A stretch of 64,000 nucleotides of DNA, from positions 1,488-65,487 of the forward strand of contig DATJWM010000008.1 of the NCBI GenBank assembly GCA_035501255.1, given 5' to 3'. This DNA comes from Mycobacteriales bacterium (lineage in GTDB: Bacteria > Actinomycetota > Actinomycetes > JAFAQI01). The translations under genes were made by a program, and so were the position numbers. Each line of letters begins with the position of its first letter. The stretch's first letter is position 1. This document shows positions 59,887 to 64,000 of this stretch, one piece after another. Below the pieces are notes generated by a model. The model saw only the letters and a program-made list of their open reading frames with translations. It was not told the origin of the DNA and did no database searches.

Positions 59887-61407
59887 ATGTCCCGCCGGAC
59901 GCGTCGGACCGGCCTGGTCGCGCTGACCGGCGTTCTCGCCGCCACCGCCCTCGCCCTGCCCGCGGCTGCGCACCCGGCGAGCGACAAGGCCCACCGGGTC
60001 GCGGTGCCGCACGGCATCCGGTTGGTCAATGTCTCCCCGTCCTCGTTTCAGGTCGAGAGCGCCCCGACCGAGAACGCCAAGCGCTATCGCGTGTTCGCCT
60101 CGACCAAGCGCAGCAACCTGTTCACCGCCAACGTCAGCCGCGCGCAGGCCTCGGCGCTGTTCTCCCACCCCCAGGTGCGGATCGCGGGTCTGCACTACAC
60201 GACCCGGCCGTACTACTACCGGCTCGAAGCAGTCAACGGGTCGCGCCATCGGTTCTCCCGTGACATCTACGAACTGGGTCTTCAACCACCCTCTCCGACC
60301 GGGCTCACAGTGCGAACGAGCGCGGCCGGCGGCACCTACCTCACGTGGGACAGTTCGTCCGCCACCGGGTTTCTCGTCACCGTGGCGAGGAACCCGGCGA
60401 TGACGCAGGGCCGGGTCAACTACCGCTTGACGAGCAACACGCACCAGTTCAGTCCTCCGCATCTCGTCGCGGGCCGGACGTACTACTTCCGGGTGCGCGC
60501 ACTGAACGACGCCACTCGCTCCGCTGACGCGGCGAGTGCCAACGGCACCGCGGGATCGAAGGAGCAACGCGTCCGGGTGATGACCTACAACGTGCTCGAG
60601 GCGTTCGATGACGGCCGGCTCGAGGGCAGCGGCCGGGTCGCGCCGTGGTCGAAACGCAAGGTGCGGGCCGCCGCGCTCATCCGCAAGGCTCACCCGGACG
60701 TGGTGGCCGTCCAGGAAGCCGCTTCGTGGGTCAAGGGCGTTCGCGGTCCACGCCAGATCGACTCCCTGCGCGCCCAGCTGCACGGGGTCTACGCGCTGGC
60801 GCACACCGAGATCCCGCCGAGCCAGCCGCACTATCTGCGGACCGGGGTGTACATCCTGTATCGCAAGTCGCAGTATCGCGCTGTCGGCCACGGTGGCCAC
60901 TGGGGTCTTGGAAACCGGCGCTGGGCGGCGTACCAGATCCTCGCCGACCGAGCGACCGGCGCGAAATTCCTGTTCGTCGACCCGCACCTGCTGGTCGGTC
61001 CAGGACGCGCCAATGACGTCAAGCGCAAGCACGAGACCCAGCGCCTGGTGTCGCGGGCGAAAGCCAAGGCGAAGCGGGCCGGGGTGCCGTTGGTCTACGC
61101 GGGCGACTTCAACTCCGACCAAACCGCGAAACACCCACTGAACGCGCCCGAGATGGTGATGTCGACGCACAACGTGGTCAACACCTTCGCGGCTGCACCG
61201 GTTCGGACGAACGCCGAGTACAACTCGGCGAACGGCTACGAACGCCGGCCGCCGCGCTTCGGCGACCACATCGACTACGTCTTCGCCGCACCGAGCGTCT
61301 CCGTCCTCGCCTGGCACCTGCTCCTCGACCTGCACCACGGGGAGTTCTCGGGCGTCATCCCGTCCGACCACAACCCTCTCGTCGTGGATCTTCAGTACCC
61401 GTACTGA
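59887..61407 (+). CDS. Secreted FN3-FN3-endonuclease/exonuclease/phosphatase (EEP) family protein, paralog 1
   Basis: RR-containing signal peptide MSRRTRRTGLVALTGVLAATALALPAAAHP and two FN3-like modules. EEP motifs VMTYNVLE...VVAVQEA...YAGDFNSD...SDHNPLVVDL. GTG 59836 is an alternative start. Confidence 0.75.
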   Translation: MSRRTRRTGLVALTGVLAATALALPAAAHPASDKAHRVAVPHGIRLVNVSPSSFQVESAPTENAKRYRVFASTKRSNLFTANVSRAQASALFSHPQVRIAGLHYTTRPYYYRLEAVNGSRHRFSRDIYELGLQPPSPTGLTVRTSAAGGTYLTWDSSSATGFLVTVARNPAMTQGRVNYRLTSNTHQFSPPHLVAGRTYYFRVRALNDATRSADAASANGTAGSKEQRVRVMTYNVLEAFDDGRLEGSGRVAPWSKRKVRAAALIRKAHPDVVAVQEAASWVKGVRGPRQIDSLRAQLHGVYALAHTEIPPSQPHYLRTGVYILYRKSQYRAVGHGGHWGLGNRRWAAYQILADRATGAKFLFVDPHLLVGPGRANDVKRKHETQRLVSRAKAKAKRAGVPLVYAGDFNSDQTAKHPLNAPEMVMSTHNVVNTFAAAPVRTNAEYNSANGYERRPPRFGDHIDYVFAAPSVSVLAWHLLLDLHHGEFSGVIPSDHNPLVVDLQYPY

Positions 61408-61506
61408 ATCCGAGTGGGTCGCCAGCCTCCGGCCGACTCCGTTCGGCGCTCTGGTTGAGCCGGTTGGGCGATCCAGACCCCCTGCTCAGCGGCCGTTTTT
61501 CTACTT

Positions 61507-63036
61507 ATGAGCAGGCGCCGAGTGCGGCTTGCCGCCGTCGCGATGTCGGCGGCGTGCGGTCTTGCCGGCCTCGCCGTGCCCACGATCGCCCACGCTGGCA
61601 CCAGCCGCCCCGAGTTGCCGACGTCGGTCCAGCTGGTGCGGGTAACGCCGTCGTCGTTCACGGTCTCCGCGATCGGGGCCCACAACGCGCACCAGTTCCG
61701 GCTCTTTGCCTCGACGACCCGCAGCAACTTGTTCGTCCGCAACATCAAGGCGGCAACCAAGTCGCACCTCTCCTCGAGCCCGACGGTGGCGCTTCACGGC
61801 CTGAAGTACGCCGCCGAGCCGTACTACTACCGCCTCGAGGTCTTCAACGGGCAGCGGCATCGCTTCTCCTCGACGATCTACTCGGTCGGCCTGCTCCCCG
61901 CCGTGCCGACCGACCTTGCCGCAACCGTCACGATGAACGGCACGTTCCTCACCTGGAGCAGCGGCCCCGCCTCGGGCTTCCAGATCACCGAGGCCACCGA
62001 CGAGGCGATGACCCAGGACGTGCGCACATTCACGACGTCCGGGATGACGACGTCGTTCACTCCGCCCGATCTGGTCGCCGGGACGACGTACTACTTCGAG
62101 GTCGCAGCGCTCAACAACGACACCGCGTCGGCACCCACGAGTCCGGTCTCCGCCGTGCCGGAAACCGACAGCCAGGACGTTCGGGTGATGACCTACAACA
62201 TCCTGGAGTCCTTCGACGACGGTCGAGCTGAGGGCGGCGGTCACGTCGCGCCGTGGTCGGAGCGGGTCAACGGAGTGGTCAACTACATCCGCCAAGGCGC
62301 GCCGGACGTGGTGGCAATCGAGGAAGGCGCGGGCTGGGCGTACGGCTCGAAAGGTCCGCGCCAGGTCGACCAGGTCGTCTCGGAGCTGGGCGACTACTCG
62401 CTCGCGGACACTGAGATCCCGCCGACCGAACCGCACTACCTGCGCACCGGCGTGTACGTGCTCTACAAGACCTCCGAGTACACCGCGATCGGCCAGGGTG
62501 ACCATTGGGACCTCGGAGACACTCGCTGGGCGGCGTACCAAATCCTTCAGAACAACGTCACCGGGGCGACCTTCCTGATGGTCGCAGCGCACCTGCTTGT
62601 CGGTCAGGGAGCCGCTTATGACAAGAAGCGGGAGGCGGAGACGACCAACCTGCTCTCCCTCGCCAACGCCTACGCGGCGGCGAACGGCAACATTCCGATC
62701 GTGTACGCCGGGGACTTCAACTCCGACAACGCCCGCCGGCGCACCTTCAACGCCCCCGCCGTGGTCATGCAGGGGGCCGACGTGAGCGATGCGTTCAACG
62801 TCGCGGTGCACAAGTCGATGACGAAGTACGACTCGGCGAACGGCTACATGCGCAAGCCCCCGAAGTTCAGCGAGCGGCTGGACTACGTCTGGGCCCCGCA
62901 GGGGGTGGCGGTCACGAGCTGGACCCAGCTCCTGAACCTCAACAAGGGCAAGGTGGTCGGGGTGATTCCCTCCGATCACAACCCGGTCGTCGCCGGCGTC
63001 CAGGTGCCGTACGCACCACCCGCTCCGTCGGACTAG
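61507..63036 (+). CDS. Secreted FN3-FN3-EEP family protein, paralog 2
   Basis: Signal peptide MSRRRVRLAAVAMSAACGLAGLAVPTIAHA. Same architecture and motifs as paralog 1 (VMTYNILESFDDGR...SDHNPVVAGV). Confidence 0.8.
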   Translation: MSRRRVRLAAVAMSAACGLAGLAVPTIAHAGTSRPELPTSVQLVRVTPSSFTVSAIGAHNAHQFRLFASTTRSNLFVRNIKAATKSHLSSSPTVALHGLKYAAEPYYYRLEVFNGQRHRFSSTIYSVGLLPAVPTDLAATVTMNGTFLTWSSGPASGFQITEATDEAMTQDVRTFTTSGMTTSFTPPDLVAGTTYYFEVAALNNDTASAPTSPVSAVPETDSQDVRVMTYNILESFDDGRAEGGGHVAPWSERVNGVVNYIRQGAPDVVAIEEGAGWAYGSKGPRQVDQVVSELGDYSLADTEIPPTEPHYLRTGVYVLYKTSEYTAIGQGDHWDLGDTRWAAYQILQNNVTGATFLMVAAHLLVGQGAAYDKKREAETTNLLSLANAYAAANGNIPIVYAGDFNSDNARRRTFNAPAVVMQGADVSDAFNVAVHKSMTKYDSANGYMRKPPKFSERLDYVWAPQGVAVTSWTQLLNLNKGKVVGVIPSDHNPVVAGVQVPYAPPAPSD

Positions 63037-63090
63037 GCCGCTCGTGGGCTGCAGGCCCCGCTGCTTGGATACTTGATATAGCGTCCTCCC

Positions 63091-64000
63091 GTGGCAACGA
63101 CGCAAGCCCAGTACAACCTCGCGCAGGTGCACGAGGCGGTCAGCGCGGTCGTCCCTGACCGGCTCGCGGTCATCGCGCCCGAAGGTCGCTACACCTATCG
63201 TGACCTGACCGAGGCCAGCCGGCGGTTCGCGAGCGCGCTGCGCGCTCGCGGTTGTGGAGCGGTCCGACCGCGCGCCGAGCTCGCCGGTCACGAGTCCGGA
63301 CAGGACCATCTCGCGCTCTACCTGCACAATGGCGTCGAGTACCTGGTCGGCATGCTCGGCGCTTATAAGGCCCGGCTCGCGCCGCTGAACGTCAACTACC
63401 GGTACGTCGCTGAGGAACTGCGCTACGTGCTGGAGAACTCGGCCGCGAAGGTCGTGCTCTGTCACGACGCGCTCGCCCCCGTGCTCGCCGGCGTACTGCC
63501 CTCGCTGCCGGGGGTCGAGCTGGTCGTCCAGGTGGCCGACGGGTCGGAGCAGGAGCTGCTGCCTGGGGCGGTGCGCTACGAGGACTTCCTGCGGGAAGGC
63601 TCGCCCGAGCCGCTCGACGTCGAACTGTCGCCGGACGACCTCTACATCCTCTACACCGGCGGAACGACCGGGAGCCCGAAGGGCGTGCTGTGGCGCCAGC
63701 ACGACATCTTCGTCTCCGCCATGGGCGGTCGGCCGTTCGGCGCGACCGAACCGCGGGCATCGCTCGAGGAGATCACCGACGCGGTTGCCGCGAGTGGTGA
63801 GACCCGGCTGATGATTCTGGCTCCCCTGATGCACGGGGCCGCGCAGTGGGCGAGCTTCACGTCGTTCTCGATGGGCGGGACGGTGGTCGTGTCGCCGAAC
63901 GTTCATCACTTCGACCCGGTCGAGATCCTCAAGACGGTCGAGCGGGAGCGGGTCGTCAGTCTCCAAATCGTCGGTGACGCGATGGGGCGCCCGATTGTCG
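63091..64000 (+). CDS. Acyl-CoA synthetase (AMP-binding, FadD-like), 3'-truncated by window edge
   Basis: Hand-translated from GTG 63091 with no stop to the window end. AMP-binding motif YTGGTTGSPKGV. Absent from the track because it has no stop in the window. Confidence 0.7.
   Translation, partial: MATTQAQYNLAQVHEAVSAVVPDRLAVIAPEGRYTYRDLTEASRRFASALRARGCGAVRPRAELAGHESGQDHLALYLHNGVEYLVGMLGAYKARLAPLNVNYRYVAEELRYVLENSAAKVVLCHDALAPVLAGVLPSLPGVELVVQVADGSEQELLPGAVRYEDFLREGSPEPLDVELSPDDLYILYTGGTTGSPKGVLWRQHDIFVSAMGGRPFGATEPRASLEEITDAVAASGETRLMILAPLMHGAAQWASFTSFSMGGTVVVSPNVHHFDPVEILKTVERERVVSLQIVGDAMGRPIV

Noticed and set aside
61501-63966. 821-aa minus-strand ORF antisense to EEP paralog 2 and the acyl-CoA synthetase. 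Similar long antisense ORFs were seen at 697-2883, 16499-17566, 17654-19075, 25815-27065, 35738-37846, 44878-47418 and 59776-61371.
   Set aside because: These are stop-codon-poor antisense frames typical of ~70% GC DNA. Their translations are Arg/Pro/Gly-rich low-complexity sequence with no motifs. Each overlaps a well-supported gene on the opposite strand.
1-64000. CRISPR arrays, transposases/integrases, prophage genes and rRNA/tRNA genes.
   Set aside because: No direct-repeat/spacer arrays, no DDE/tyrosine-recombinase-like ORFs and no rRNA/tRNA-like conserved segments were found on reading the window. The only repeats are the 3-copy palindromic element and the intragenic adhesin repeats.

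Overview
This is a high-GC (about 70%) actinobacterial chromosomal segment with no rRNA, tRNA, CRISPR, transposase or integrase. Roughly the first 51 kb is conserved housekeeping backbone, densely packed on both strands.

The backbone contains a menaquinone cluster (partial menF, then menD-menC-menA on the minus strand, and menE), ugd, an acyl-CoA dehydrogenase, ferrochelatase, acetoacetyl-CoA synthetase, a GT4 glycosyltransferase and GDP-mannose pyrophosphorylase. It also holds a consolidated F420 locus (cofE/fbiB, cofD/fbiA and a divergent fbiC), whiB, a GT2 polytopic membrane protein with a secreted partner, and DUF3499. Further along are phosphomannomutase, a Trm112-like protein, a SIS-domain isomerase, ahcY, mtrA-mtrB-lpqB, comF-like, hpf, an orphan LuxR response regulator, a Ca2+/H+ exchanger and secA. 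Gene order resembles, from memory, the Mycobacterium tuberculosis Rv3240c-Rv3274c neighbourhood.

Downstream of secA there is a LysM protein plus two tandem Rv3235-family paralogs. After that comes an HTH/SAF(CpaB-like)/ParA(TadZ-like) trio with no TadA/B/C, then two acyl-CoA dehydrogenases, LytR_C, HAD, patatin and P5C dehydrogenase genes.

The 3' ~13 kb is accessory-looking. It encodes a 2130-aa secreted protein of about 20 tandem Ig-like repeats with a C-terminal membrane anchor. This gene is translationally coupled (ATGA) to a polytopic-membrane GAF-GGDEF diguanylate cyclase that has an intact GGEEF motif and an RxxD I-site. Two paralogous secreted FN3-FN3-EEP (endonuclease/exonuclease/phosphatase) proteins follow, then a partial acyl-CoA synthetase.

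A previously unannotated family of three ~60-bp palindromic elements (11-bp inverted arms CCAACTGTCAG/CTGACAGTTGG around a conserved ~37-nt core) sits at the 3' ends of hemH, acsA and a small zinc-ribbon ORF. These elements contribute stop and start codons to flanking genes.

Many adjacent genes are linked by 4-nt GTGA/ATGA/TTGA start-stop overlaps. Several long antisense ORFs in the six-frame track are GC-driven artefacts.
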